Below are positions 1 to 13,860 of a stretch of 61,238 bases of DNA, piece by piece; within the stretch, counting starts at the first letter, position 1, and each line of letters opens with the position of its first letter. Where the stretch lies: assembly GCF_001194135.2 (NCBI RefSeq), contig NC_068989.1:17998721-18059958 (forward strand), read 5' to 3'. The notes under the pieces are model-generated. The model made no database searches and was not told where the DNA came from. It worked only from the letters and a program-made list of their open reading frames with translations. A program made the translations under genes and the position numbers. The stretch comes from Octopus bimaculoides. Taxonomy: Eukaryota.

Positions 1-74
<74 letters not shown>
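1..74. repeat. (AG)n microsatellite
   Basis: Direct reading of the sequence. Confidence 0.95.
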
Positions 75-80
<6 letters not shown>

Positions 81-1872
81 ATAGAGGAAAGCGGAGAAAT
101 TAATTATTATGCGTGGCTATGTATTTTTGTATTTGTGTGTATGCATTCGTGTCCGTGTGAGTGTGTGTCCTTTCGGTTTATATTTATATTTACACCGATC
201 TAAAAGTGAATGTCGATTATGTTGCACCCTTTCATTTTCTGTTAACCAGTGTTTCGACAAATAGAAACGATGAATAAAGTTACAGGCTGAAATAGATGCT
301 GTAATCGACATGATGGACTGACCCTTTCAAGGCAATGCTTCAGTGTATCGGCTACAGTGCAGTAATCTAAACCTGTAAACGAGTAAACTGGATTTTGTCC
401 TAGCACGTTATAACTTTGCTTTTCAAACATTTCTATGAAATAATAGCATTTTAGTAGAATACCACTGAAATCGTGCCTGTGAGTGTTTATGAGAACATGA
501 TGTTCCACCATTATTCTTAAGTTTATTTTGAAATATCAAGTAACGAATACGATATTTCATATATACGTTTAAGTGGATTATTGTTCACATTGGTATGTTG
601 TTCCGTAACACTAAGACTGGTTTGTTTCTTTTCATACATTACTGCATGCGACATCATAAAAGATAGATATCGTTTCTAAAACGACTTTAGGATTAAAAGT
701 ATCAGATTATTACTGATTATGTAGCACATATACAAGTAGTGACATATCACCACTTCTACATCGATTTCCTATTGGTCTTATAACGCCAAATATCTGGAAC
801 TTTTTCTCGATAGTTAACATGTGTAGGGTGAGTCATGTGAGGTAGTCTCAACATAGTTGCTAGTCCCTACTAGAAATAGAAGCCAAATGCAATACGTCAG
901 GTTTAAAGTGAGGCAACGATACATAAATTTATGTATGAAAATATACAAAGTATCGCTCTCAATAATGTCTCGATAGGCATATCTTCGGTAAACAATAAGC
1001 CGTTTTTATTTTATCAAATTGAAGAAAGCATTTTTTCCAAGACGTAAATTATTTCTGTCTTGGTATATAGTGTTCACATATCCTTATCTAACGTATTTCA
1101 TCTCCTCTTTGCCATTATACGTAAAGTTTATTTGCTATTATGTAATTTGTAAGACCCCTGTTGAATGCTCATTGTTTTATTGTATCTTTGTAGTTTTTGT
1201 GACTAATAAAGAAACAATTATTGTTATTGGCAATAGTAGTAGATTAGCAGATCGTTAGAGCACCGAACTGTGCCACTATCTTAAATTTCTGGCTTAACTG
1301 AATTAAAAATAGGTCAAAGGGTATTTGTGTGGAGTTTATTATATATATATGTTTGATTTTTTAAATGTCATATCTATTGGTATTCAGTGAATTTTGTACA
1401 TTTATTAGGTAAAAACAAGATCTCAAGCTATACTAAATGGTGACATTTTTTTCTTGTTACTTGTTTCAGTCATTGTATGTATGTATGCATGCATATATGT
1501 GTATATGTGTGTATTAGCTATATGTGTGTGCATCTGAGTAAAGCATCTTACTGGTAGCAATGTGGCTGGTGAATTTAAACTGAAAAGAAATTCTATTAAA
1601 ATTTAGAGGATGACATAAACAAAACAATTCCTAGATTTTTTCTTCTTTTCTCAATCTTTTTATTAGGTAATCATTTAAGAATAAACAGTAAAATCTACTC
1701 ATACATATAAACATACATATATATACACATAATGTATCATAGATAAAGAAGTAAATCGATCTTTCGTTGGTTTCGACGATGAGTACTCCCGTTGTTCAAC
1801 CAACTGCATTATCTTTTGTAGTTGTTAACGTTGTATATATCGGCAGACACAATGATTTTGACCCACAATATA

Positions 1873-2106
1873 CAGGGTGTCCACAAAGTTTAGGTACATG
1901 GAGTAAATAAAATCATACCATAAACAATTAAATATAAGAAATAATAATTTCTTAAAGTATGTGTTAATCCCCATGTGGGTACATGGAGTAAATAAAATTA
2001 TAACATAAACAATTAAATATAATTATAACATAAACAATTAAATATAAGAAATAATTTCTTAAAGTATGTGTTAATCCCCATGTACCCAGACTTTGTGGAC
2101 ACCCTG
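1873..2106. mobile_element. Tc1/mariner-type MITE with internal tandem duplication
   Basis: 29-bp TIRs, CAGGGTGTCCACAAAGTTTAGGTACATGG vs reverse complement of the right end CAGGGTGTCCACAAAGTCTGGGTACATGG (2 mismatches). TA on both sides (1871-72, 2107-08). Core duplicated (1893-1976 and 1978-2083). Confidence 0.9.
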
Positions 2107-2174
2107 TATATAAATAACTGATGTGTCTTTAGCCAAAACCTAATTTCCCTCTGTTTGAGGACCTTTGTACTTAC

Positions 2175-2246
2175 TCTCCTATCTGTCAGCCTAATGACCG
2201 CACATTTCTTGCAACTTCCACTGTTTGACCTGACATCTTCAGCCAT
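2175..2246 (-). CDS. candidate 72-nt exon (MAEDVRSNSGSCKKCAVIRLTDRR), product unknown
   Basis: TAG acceptor (TAGTAG) and GTAAGT donor; open in one frame only. No homology recognised with confidence; may be a pseudo-exon. Confidence 0.25.
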
Positions 2247-3783
2247 CTACTAACAAATGTTTTTCAACTTTTTAAAATTTAATATAAACATATAATGAGT
2301 TTTTTAAATAAAAGGTATGTCTCAGATTTGGGGGATCGATATAGTTAACTAAATTAATACCAATACGTAACTGGTACATTTTTTTATCGATCTCGAATGA
2401 ATGAAATATGAAGTAAATTTCAGTGCAGTTTGAACTTAGAATGTAAAGGACCATAACTAACTACGGTAAATCATTTTCTGCATCGCTCGATCAAATTTGC
2501 CAACCCAGTGGCCTAAATATAAACTTCTGAACAAACTACATTATAAGAATGTCACGCTTCGGTATATCTTCTATCTTTAAAGTATTTTCTAGGGAAATTC
2601 GGTCAATTATTAATATGCGTGTGTGTGTATGTGTGTGTGGGGGGTGTATCCAAATGTTTATTTCATGTTATAAATATGGAACAATATTTACAGTATTATC
2701 TGGGTACTCCAGCTTGTTAACAAATGTCCTCTAATATAACCTTGTTGAATATGTCATGGTTTCCTAGCTAAAAATAACATTGGCATTTGCCCAGATAGGT
2801 TCAGGAAATAGAGTGAAATCATCAGAATGTTTTACACACTGTTTCAAAAGGGAAAAAAATATCATAATATTGTGATTATTATCATTTTCTGATTTACACT
2901 TCGTAGAAATACATATCACAACCGTATCTTGCTATAGTTTTGGAACCAACTTATCTAACTCTAAGTCCTTAAGCTCAGATTTTATCACAATCTACTTCTA
3001 TCAGATTTAATTTCCTCGGCAGCAATTCTTTTTGTTCCTGATATTTTTATTTCCGAAATATAACCAAGCTCTCTTATGGTTAATCTAATAGAACCCAGTT
3101 CTTTTCAAACAACGATAATTAATACAGTAAATAATGATATTTCTATTAAAAATAATGCGAACATTTTCGCCATTTCTCCCACATTTTCATTGACTTCCAT
3201 CCTGAAATGCTTTTTTAAAGCGACAAAATTGTCCTCAAATATGTATTGGTTTCAAATTTTGGTACAAATTCGAGGGAAGGGCTTAGTCGATTAAATCGAC
3301 CTCAGTGCTCAACTGGTACTTATTTTATAGTCCCCGATAAAATAAGTACTACAGCGGAATTGCTTTTCATCAAATACATATTAAATATATGTTAAAAGGA
3401 AAAATTAACCTTAAGAAAATTTGTAACATTTGTTTAACATCTACTTCGGTTTGAATCTTTATAGAGTTATTTTCCTACCAAAAACCTTGAGTCTGTCACA
3501 TACGCCTTTCAGGAGAACTTTATTTCTTTGAAAGTTTTTTCATACGTTGAACTATTGCAGCTGGAGTAAGGTCTGAAGAATGCATTTATTCTAGCATCTT
3601 GTGCCTGTTATTTCCAAACGTCCTTTCTACCGTTTTTATCAAATCAATCTTTAAGTAGGTAATGTATCAACACTTACTGATAATATCTACCCAGAGGTTT
3701 AAGTTTCTGGTTTCTGGCCTCCCTCTTTCTCTCCTTTATCGCTCTCTCTGTGCGCGCGCACGCTCACACACATACACACACAC

Positions 3784-3824
<41 letters not shown>

Positions 3825-3857
3825 TACATGCACAAATATAAAATATACAAACAGACA

Positions 3858-4792
3858 TACAAAGTGGTATCAAAAAGTTTTCGAACTAGTTCTGTAGCGC
3901 GCCAACTGATGGCAGCACACAATTGCATGCGCAGTGAGAGTTAATAGTAAACTTCATAAGGCAATGATCACATGTATGCTGTAGTCTGCGATTTTGTCAT
4001 GGACAGGNNNNNNNNNNNNNNNNNNNNNNNNNNNNNNNNNNNNNNNNNNNNNNNNNNNNNNNNNNNNNNNNNNNNNNNNNNNNNNNNNNNNNNNNNNNNN
4101 NNNNNNNNNNNNNNNNNNNNNNNNNNNNNNNNNNNNNNNNNNNNNNNNNNNNNNNNNNNNNNNNNNNNNNNNNNNNNNNNNNNNNNNNNNNNNNNNNNNN
4201 NNNNNNNNNNNNNNNNNNNNNNNNNNNNNNNNNNNNNNNNNNNNNNNNNNNNNNNNNNNNNNNNNNNNNNNNNNNNNNNNNNNNNNNNNNNNNNNNNNNN
4301 NNNNNNNNNNNNNNNNNNNNNNNNNNNNNNNNNNNNNNNNNNNNNNNNNNNNNNNNNNNNNNNNNNNNNNNNNNNNNNNNNNNNNNNNNNNNNNNNNNNN
4401 NNNNNNNNNNNNNNNNNNNNNNNNNNNNNNNNNNNNNNNNNNNNNNNNNNNNNNNNNNNNNNNNNNNNNNNNNNNNNNNNNNNNNNNNNNNNNNNNNNNN
4501 NNNNNNNNNNNNNNNNNNNNNNNNNNNNNNNNNNNNNNNNNNNNNNNNNNNNNNNNNNNNNNNNNNNNNNNNNNNNNNNNNNNNNNNNNNNNNNNNNNNN
4601 NNNNNNNNNNNNNNNNNNNNNNNNNNNNNNNNNNNNNNNNNNNNNNNNNNNNNNNNNNNNNNNNNNNNNNNNNNNNNNNNNNNNNNNNNNNNNNNNNNNN
4701 NNNNNNNNNNNNNNNNNNNNNNNNNNNNNNNNNNNNNNNNNNNNNNNNNNNNNNNNNNNNNNNNNNNNNNNNNNNNNNNNNATCACCTCGTT
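3858..4792. mobile_element. possible mariner-family element or MITE, mostly in an N gap
   Basis: Left end TA-CAAAGTGGTATCAAAAAGTTTTCGAACT resembles mariner TIRs. A partial complement (ATCACCTCGT) appears just after the gap. Confidence 0.35.
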
Positions 4793-5045
4793 TAGAGGTT
4801 CGTACATGTATATGGAACGAAAAAAGAAATAAAAAATGTCGGGATAGGTTTGTCTACATACATCATGCACACACCAACACACTGGCACGTACATACATGC
4901 GCACGCACGCACGCACGCACGCACACGCGCACAGACACAAACGCACGCACACACGCATACACACACGTACGCACGCGTGCACACACACACTCACAATTTT
5001 TTGTATATCTGTATACATACATACACATATACACACACACGCATA

Positions 5046-5117
<72 letters not shown>

Positions 5118-5879
5118 CGTGTGTGTGTGTGCGTGTGTGTGCAATGTATGCCAACATAATCGGCCCAATATAGTTACTTGGAACAGAAAAGAATTATGCA
5201 CCGTTATAGAGGTCGACTACCCTACGGATGTGAACATATCTTTCAAAATTAGCAAACATACATACATATAAATGTATATGTACATGCATACATACATATT
5301 TATGTATGTTTATATATATATGTCTGACCTAATATTTTTGTTTGGAATAGAAAATAGAAAAGAAAATTACTTGTTGTTTTAGAGTTCATTTGACTTGCAG
5401 ATATAAACATTCTTTCAAAATAAATGAAAAGCAAAAATATTTAAGACAGCTACTTCGAAGATTACATCATCTCTATCCGGATTTCAAATTTGCGTTTTTA
5501 CTTATAGCTTCAGTAGTTTTCACACATGAGAAAGTACTCTGATTTGGCACACAGAAAGTACATGATTTGGCTCTTAAATTTTTCATTAAATTCACTTTCT
5601 GAAAGATCTGTCAAATGATCTATACAGTCATTTGCTTTTCTTGTGTGCACTTATTCAATATTACATTTTTATTAACCGCTTGCTTGATCTTCGTAATTTC
5701 ATTGTTATTTAAGTTTGTCTTTAAGCTCTCAACTTTCCCTTTGTCATCAAGTGTGTATATTATTCTTCATATTTTTGATATTTTATTACTAATTGAATCA
5801 ATACCACCAGCTTAAGGTGAAAATTAAAGTATATATCTCACTGGTAAAAGTCTTTTAATATAATGGCAGAATGTGAAAT

Positions 5880-6305
5880 GGTGAGGTAGCAGAATCGTTG
5901 GTACGCCAGGCGAAATGCTTAGCTGTATTTCGTTCTGCGTTAAAATTCTGCCGAGATCGACTTTACCTTCCATCCTTCCAGAGTCGATAAAATAAGTACC
6001 AGTTGAGTAATGAGGTCGATTTTATCGGCTCAACCTCTCTCCCGAAACTGCTAGCCTTGTATCAAAATTTGAAATCAGTACACGTCAGAGCAAAGGCGAT
6101 GAGCCGGCAGAATCGTTAGCACATTGGGAAAAATGCTTAGCGGCATTTCGTCCATCTTTAGGTTTTGAGTTCAAATTCCGCCAAGCTTCGATTTTGCCTT
6201 TCATCCTTTTGGGATCGATAAAATAAGTACCAGTTGAGCACTGGGATCGATGTAATCGACTTACCACTCACTCGATATTGCTGGCCTTGTGCTAAAATTT
6301 GAATA
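5880..6305 (+). mobile_element. two head-to-tail copies of SINE family A (tRNA head, Meta/MESC-like central block)
   Basis: Box A-like GGCAGAATCGTTAGC, box B-like GAGTTCAAATTCC, central GCCTTTCATCCTTTCGGGGTCGATAAAATAAGTACCAG-type block, tail GGCCTTGTGC. Copies at about 5880-6076 and 6094-6305. The domain name is from recall and needs a Dfam/Repbase check. Confidence 0.85.
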
Positions 6306-7089
6306 ATATCCATCTTTGCCTCTAATATTGTCAATTTGGCGTTTCATACATATTCTTGCTAGGACTATAAATAATTGCTTCTTAGACACTGCCTCACATT
6401 TAGGGAAAGAATGTAAGTCAGTTACACTGAACCCAGAACTTAACTGTTGATACTTTACCATATCGACCCTGGAGGAATTATAATTAAATTAACATAATTG
6501 GGATTTGAACTCAGAAGGTAAAGAGTCGGAACAAATGCCGACTTACGCTGTAACGGCTCTGCCTATCCGTCAAGAGAAAACCCCTCAAAACCTAAAAGTA
6601 TCTGCAAGCGCTGCTTCTTTTATTATGATTTATGCATTAGATAATTGTCACGGTGTTTATTTACAAACAAAAATTAGCGGCTAAACATCGACACAAATAT
6701 CACACTCCCCAACGGATTTCATTCAAAGGAGACAATATTCTGCGTATGTAGATGGTATTCTGTTTATTAATTTGCATCAACAAACAGTTCTTGGGGGTTT
6801 TTTCCCTGTTCCATAGAAGAATATTAGATCTTTTGTTCTGCGTTGAATTGTTCTTTTTATTGAAAGATTTCACCAAAATTCCTAAATTTGGATCTGAGAG
6901 TACTTTATTGTTCCCGTACCATTATAGTATAACCATTACGACATATATGCATGCATCTATGTATACTTACATGTATGTATGTATGCATGCGCGTATATAT
7001 GCTTGCATGCACGTATTTAGAATGAGTGCATTTATTCATACATAATTGTACTTATGTGTTTGTATATGTATACATGTAAATTTTTATGG

Positions 7090-9087
7090 TTTTAGTCAGA
7101 AAGGTAATGTATTTACAATGCACATTAGCCAGCCTGTTTTGTATGAACTTGGTAGAGGTTTTTTTTTTTATAGGGATGTTCCCTCAATATTCCCTGTATT
7201 GATATGTTTGCATTTATTCAAATAACTCAGGTGCTGTCTATATTTATCTTTTGAATGTGTTTTCTGCAGATGGTATTGCATGTTGTTTTAGCAACACCAT
7301 CATGTAGCTACGGGATCTTGCACCTTCATGATATCTTAGGACAACCCCTGATTACATGTTACGTTCTCCGTATAAAAGCAACATAGTCGATATTTTCGGT
7401 TACATCTTGAGAATTTAAAAGCTTCACTATTCCATTTGTTTATTAAATATTTCATAACTTTCTCCAGGTCTTGCATTGCAAAAGAGTAGCCTTCGAAATA
7501 TGACGTGATATAATGGTCTCGTGTCCAAGTGAGGCTACACTTCGCATTAATATTATCATCGACCCCAGTTTGTGGGAAACATACCCATACATAATCCTTT
7601 TGTTGTATGCCGAGTGTTTCTCTTCCGATGGGAGGTCGTCAGGAAATGAGTGCTTCGTGAGTTTACTACCGGCCCTCAGGATGTTATTCATTTCTGAGTG
7701 CTTTTGAAGATTTGATTGAGACATTTATTTTTGCTGTCGTAGTTGAACAAATGCTGTTTGAATGATAATATACGAAACTCAAACGCTGTCTGCGCTGACA
7801 ATAAACCACTTCTGTCTTCTTTTGTTTAAAGGTAAAGTCTACTAATAACACAGTTTCTGTGGTAATTTCCATTTAATGTCAGGATTTTTCGAGTTTTTTT
7901 TTATGTCTTGCCTGAATTTCTTCAATTGACCAGTCAAGAAACCTAAATGTTGGTATTAGTATGGTGTTGCAAATGTATTGTGGGATATGTTTCCATTCTT
8001 GCTTTTGTTATTTTTAGTCTACCATAATGTTCTTTGATTACACTTAGTTCGGATATGATATACTTTCATCAGTACCTAGATACCTGTATCACTCATTTGT
8101 GGAACATAAGAAATAGACAGACCACTGATTCAAAGCGATGGTGTTTTGGAAACTATTTTACCACGTTTAATTGCCAAATATAAATATTTGTTTTGGCTAA
8201 ACTCCATCGTTATATCAGCAAAAATTGCTGTGACTAAATTTAACTCTTTCTCATTATGGTAAATATTTTGATCATAGATTTTAAACCCGTCAAAAAAGAA
8301 ATTAGGGGTTACATTAGTGTCTCCTGCTGTTGTAAAACCCAGGACATAATCAGTGGATTTATTAGTAACGAAATGACAGTGGATTCAGTTCCAAAATAAA
8401 CAACAGTACAAACAAACTTCCCTTGAAATATTCCCTTTAAAATAGTTATAACATCAGAGATATGATTTGACTTTGAGTTACCAGTGTGCGGATTGTAGAC
8501 CAGGTCTTTCTGAAACATTAAATGGCAGTAATTTTTGCCAACTTTAGGGACTACAGCAGTCATAAAGGAGAAACAGAACATTTCTATGATGTTTCGGGCA
8601 TCCCGATATTCTACTTTTTTTTTTTTCTACTTGCCTGCTCATCACAAACTATATTGTATTTATNNNNNNNNNNNNNNNNNNNNNNNNNNNNNNNNNNNNN
8701 NNNNNNNNNNNNNNNNNNNNNNNNNNNNNNNNNNNNNNNNNNNNNNNNNNNNNNNNNNNNNNNNNNNNNNNNNNNNNNNNNNNNNNNNNNNNNNNNNNNN
8801 NNNNNNNNNNNNNNNNNNNNNNNNNNNNNNNNNNNNNNNNNNNNNNNNNNNNNNNNNNNNNNNNNNNNNNNNNNNNNNNNNNNNNNNNNNNNNNNNNNNN
8901 NNNNNNNNNNNNNNNNNNNNNNNNNNNNNNNNNNNNNNNNNNNNNNNNNNNNNNNNNNNNNNNNNNNNNNNNNNNNNNNNNNNNNNNNNNNNNNNNNNNN
9001 NNNNNNNNNNNNNNNNNNNNNNNNNNNNNNNNNNNNNNNNNNNNNNNNNNNNNNNNNNNNNNNNNNNNNNNNNNNNNNNNNNNNNNN

Positions 9088-9139
<52 letters not shown>

Positions 9140-9400
9140 GCACACACATAAACATACAAACACACACACAAACACACACACACATACATACACACACTCA
9201 CACACAAACAAACAAACAAACACAAACTCTTGTATCAGCTTAATTGTTAACTACACATGTTACTGGCAGGTGTCCAATGCTTTCATTTCATTGTCCTTGA
9301 TAATTATTTTGACTCAACTTTTCATTGTTTTTGAAATCACAAATATAATGGTAAACCGAGAATAATTTGCCAAACAATAGAAAAATAAGTGCTATTCTCT
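7090..9400 (-). mobile_element. decayed R4/Dong-like (REL-endonuclease) non-LTR retrotransposon, RT to zinc knuckle
   Basis: Minus-strand translation gives ITILKGIFQG, DGFKIY (DDLKLY), YRYLGTDESISY, HNTFATPILIPTF.FLDWSIEEIQ, HFEGYSFAMQD and CNRKYRLC. Many stops and frameshifts; interrupted by a gap and microsatellite at 8664-9215. An RPITC-like remnant lies near 9250-9280. Confidence 0.8.
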
Positions 9401-9899
9401 GTTTATGCTGCTTACTTTCCTAATTTTTTTTAAACACCTTATTTATTTTCCTTAACTTTTTTTCTCTCTTTTTCTTAGAACTTAGTCAGATGGAAGAGGA
9501 CAGTGCCCATGACCTTCGTTGGCCTATCTCCCAGAAGATGAGATCGACGCTGCTGATGCTCGACTTGAACAGTTGTAGGTCAATGTCTGCAAACCAAACA
9601 AGCAGCCTTTGAGGTATACTGGAGGGTGGGTCCTAATGCTTGCAACAGAATGAACACCGCTAACGTCATCCAATAACCTGGTGATTCTTCTAAACTTGGT
9701 TGCCTGTTGCGGCTAATATTGTTGTTCTATATTACATTTATGATGTTGACTGTCTGTTCATTGTTTATTTTTGTTCGCACATTAGCTCCTTGAAGTTTAT
9801 TACATGTGTAGTTCTCTTGTACTTTTCATGATGATTTCATAATACGTAATAAAGGAAGTAATACTGGCCAACTATATTTGAGTAGAAGAGATAATATCT

Positions 9900-10093
9900 G
9901 TTATCATTTACTTCTTTTTAGTCATTCACCGCGCCCATGATGGAACAACGTTTTGGGTTTAAGTCGAACAAATCGACCCCAGTACTAATATTTTTTAAAG
10001 CATTGCACTTAATTAATCGGTCTCTTTTTCAGAGCCTCTTAGTACAGAGACATATACAAGCCAACACTGGCCGGCAAGCAGTGAGGGGACAAA

Positions 10094-10160
<67 letters not shown>

Positions 10161-10665
10161 NNNNNNNNNNNNNNNNNNNNNNNNNNNNNNNNNNNNNNNN
10201 NNNNNNNNNNNNNNNNNNNNNNNNNNNNNNNNNNNNNNNNNNNNNNNNNNNNNNNNNGTATATATATATGTATATATATATATTATTTAAAAGAGTTCCA
10301 ACTCTGTCTGTTTTTTATGTTTTATTTATATTCTTATAAAATTAATGTGGGATATAGATTATGGAATATATAATATAAATAGTAACATGAAATGAAGTAT
10401 TGAATGTCTTATTGAATATATGAAATATTGAGTATTAAATATAGAGTATATATAAGGACTAGTATACTTTCCTGCCTCATGGCAGTCATCAAGGTCCCGT
10501 CTGGGCTTCTTTCAATTTCTGTCTGCCAAATCTACTCGCGAGGCTTTGTGACGGCCAGTAGCTATAGCAGAAGACACTTGCCAAAAGTGCTACGAAGTGG
10601 GACTGGACAACGAACTATGTGGTTAGGAAGCAAACTTCTTACCACACAGCCACACCTGCGCCTGT
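9900..10665 (-). mobile_element. SINE family B copy, split by microsatellite, gap and extra sequence
   Basis: Head (AGGCGCAGGTGTGGCTGTGTGGTAAG in element sense) at about 10640-10665, central block 10503-10640, tail half at about 9900-10095. Confidence 0.7.
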
Positions 10666-11525
10666 ATTAAATTATAGTCTGTTATTTTTTAACATAAAGT
10701 TCTTATCAGTTGGTGGCTTAAAACAAACAGTGAGTGTTTTATGTAATTTTTTTTTAATACGTCAGAATATCTATATAACGACATGAAAGTGAATTAAAGT
10801 GTTGTTTGACTGAGGTGTAACATAAACATTTGATGACGAAAGCATTTTCTATTATGTTATATTTTCCAGACAAATGGCTTTTAAAATTTTAAACAAAAGA
10901 CTAGTCATTAAGAATATTGGGTTAGGATGAATAAGTTTGTATCCGTAATTTATTTTCTTAATCATAATTGTTGCTTCGTATCTTACCAAGATTTACAATA
11001 TCTGTATAAAGTAATGTCTAAACATACACTGTAGCCATAGTGCAATGCTTACATCATTTTATTCCATCCCATCCTGCCAGACTAAATATCACAAAACAGA
11101 TATTGTTATTTTGTCGAATATACTAATTCCTCCTACACCTTTTTTTTTTTTTTTGCATCATCTTCGCAATGATTAATTCTTTGAACTAATCAACAGTATT
11201 AAGTTATGCCACTCCTTATGGGTGTAAAATCCATCTACTTATTGATTACCTCCGAGCCTACCACGCCTGTTTGTTGGCGACTGGAAAGAGGTGAGTCGAA
11301 GCACTGCTTCCTGCATTAGTAATCATCCCACCAACCTCATTATCTCGAAGGAAAACAGTCAAGCGTTGACATGTTTGCGTGTTTGTATACGTATGTGTGT
11401 GTGAGCCTGTGTGTGCGTGTGTGTGTGTATGTGTGTGTGTGTGTGTATGGTGCATCCGTGTCTACGAAGAAATGAGTTAAAGACACATTTACACAGATGT
11501 GACTTCCTCAATTAAAATAAGTATT

Positions 11526-11796
11526 TGGCGAGCTGGTAGAATCGTTAGCACGTCAGGCAAAATGTCGAAAGGGGTTTCGTCCGTCTTTACGTTCCGAGTT
11601 CAAATTCCACTGTGGTCGACTTTGCCTTTCATCTTTTTGTGGTTGATAAATTAAGTACCAATGAGATATTGGGCATGATGTAATCGACTTGCCCCTCCTC
11701 GAAAATTTCAGACCTTGTGCCTAATGTAGAAAGTATCATTCTTATCATTATCTGCTGGAAGGCAGTGAGCTGGCAGAATTGTTAGCACGCCGGACA
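11526..11796 (+). mobile_element. SINE family A full copy plus a second head fragment
   Basis: Same motifs as 5880-6305. The second head (11757-11796) abuts the mariner fragment. Confidence 0.85.
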
Positions 11797-12150
11797 GCAG
11801 TTGTGGCCTCTTCAATCATTCTGTCTTCAAGGCTCAGGTTTCCATTGCGAAATCATTTAAACCATTTTCGAGCTGACCACTCACTGGTCATTTCCCCACC
11901 AAACGTTTCGTTGGTATCCCGAGCAGCTTCATCTGCTTTACGTCCTTTTTTTTTTTTGAAGTTGAATAGCAAAATTGCTCGAATATCGCGCTTTGACACT
12001 TCCATTTCAGATGTAACAACGATGAAAAAAAATGTCAATATTAATTTATTGATGCATTTGGGCAAGTCTATGTCTGTATTATCAGACAATTGCGAAAAAA
12101 TGTTTAGGAAAAATTCATAACTCTGCGAAATTCCAGTACAAATTCTTCAT
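11797..12150 (-). mobile_element. mariner transposase 5' fragment
   Basis: MEVSKRDIRAILLFNFK..GRKADEAARDTNETFGGEMTSEWSARKWFK..FRNGNLSLED, the mariner N-terminal HTH (ATG at 12005). Confidence 0.85.
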
Positions 12151-12352
12151 GGTTGAAAAGGTTGCTTATTTTTTACTCAACCTGGTATGTATGTCATTAT
12201 TCGGTTTATTTCAAGATTTCTTGCCAATAGAGAAAGAACCGGTTTCTAACCTTGATCCAACGCTCCTTCTTTGGAATTTCGACATCAACAACAGGGTATT
12301 TTTGTATGTATGTATGTATGTATGTATGTATGTATGTATGTATGTATGTACA

Positions 12353-12835
12353 GATTTGTATGTTTTGTGCATGTATTCTCGTGAATATAGTTGCATATCT
12401 AGACATGCTCATATATATTTAAATGATAAACTTTTGGAAAGTTTTGCAGATTTTTACAGTTCCAGTGATGGATTGGATCTGTAGTCTTCAAATTAGTTTT
12501 CTCCTTTCTGGTCCTGAGAAGCCCAATTTCTCAAGATTGATATTTAGACAGTGTGTTACATATCCCAAGGCTTCAATAATTACAGGTATAAACCTGAACT
12601 TGTAATCTGGATAGAGTAACTGCAGATTTCTCAATAGTTCAGCATAGGTGTTCTCTTTCTCATTGATCTTCAGTTTTATGTTAACATCTGCTGGGCAGTT
12701 AATTTCCACAACAGTGCACAGTTTCTCGTTTCTATCCCAAATTATTATATCAGGACGTTGTGCTTACATTTTGTTGGGGTCTTCACTGGGACATTCCACC
12801 AGTATACCTTTTTATTATGAATGGCTATGGCTTCG
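12353..12835 (-). mobile_element. 5'-truncated 3' end of an R4/Dong-like element (REL endonuclease domain) inserted in (TACA)n
   Basis: YWWNVPVKTPTKCKH.RPDIIIWDRNEKLCTVVEINCPADVNIKLKINEKENTYAEL (PD..E motif). (TATG)n on both flanks (12306-12352 and 12836-12872). Confidence 0.85.
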
Positions 12836-12973
12836 TATGTATGTATGTATGTATGTATGTATGTATGTGTATGGCTCTCTTCTATTTTTAATTATTTAAA
12901 TTCTTCTTTTGAGGAAGAATTTAAATTTAAATTATTTAAATTATTCCTTAGAGGAATGTAGATAACGAAAATT

Positions 12974-13125
12974 ATGTCACATTTTAAACTTGATAACAGT
13001 CTTGCATATGCTTATTGCTTCACTCACGGATAGTATTTGTAATGTGTGAGTCAATTGGTTGATTTCTCTTTCTGAAAATCCAAACTCATTCAGACTGTCA
13101 GTGAGGTATTTATCACAAACCCAAG
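12974..13125 (-). mobile_element. second, shorter 3' fragment of a REL-type element
   Basis: WVCDKYLTDSLNEFGFSEREINQLTHTLQILSVSEAISICKTVIKFKM* parallels the C-terminus of the 12353-12835 copy. Confidence 0.7.
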
Positions 13126-13159
13126 TATATATATGTATATGTATATGCATATATATATT

Positions 13160-13510
13160 TTTTATCGACCTCGAAAGGATGAAAGACAAAGTCGACCTCG
13201 GTGGAATTTAAACACAGAACGTATAGACGAACGAAATGCAGGTAAGCATTTTTCTCAGCGCGCCAATTATTCTCCCAGTTCACCGCCTTTATATCATATT
13301 TATATTGGTTTCAAATTTTGGCACAAGGCCAACAATTACGGGGGAGGAAGTTAGTGAATTACATCAACCGCGGTGCTTAACTGGTACTTATTTTATAATT
13401 CCGAAAGGATGAAAGACAAAGCAGACTTCAGCAGAATTTGAACTCAGAACGTAACGACGGACGAAATGCTGCTAAGTATCGGCGAGCTAACAATTGTGCC
13501 AGTTCACGCC
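13160..13510 (-). mobile_element. two tandem SINE family A copies, degenerate
   Basis: Reverse complement of family A motifs at about 13160-13285 and 13300-13510. Confidence 0.8.
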
Positions 13511-13589
13511 TTTATATTGGTATTAACCTGTGACAACCTTTCTCTCTAACAAAAATCGTCAAATTCTAACTTTTAGAACTGGGTCTTTC

Positions 13590-13813
13590 TTTTATTCTTT
13601 TACTTGTCTCAGTCATTTGAATGCGGTCATGCTGGAGCACCGCCTTAAAGGGTTATTAGTCGAAGAAATCGACTCATTCTTTGTAAGAACAGTACTTATT
13701 CTATCGGTCTTTTTTACCGAACCGCTAAGTTACGGGGACGTAAACACAATAACATCGGTTGTGAGGCAGAGAGACAAACACAGACAAAAAGACACACACA
13801 TAAATGCACCTCC

Positions 13814-13860
<47 letters not shown>

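Noticed and set aside
9481-9720. Possible HDV-like ribozyme or 5' UTR of the R4-like element
   Set aside because: I could not build the P1-P4 double pseudoknot by hand; needs an RNArobo/Infernal search.
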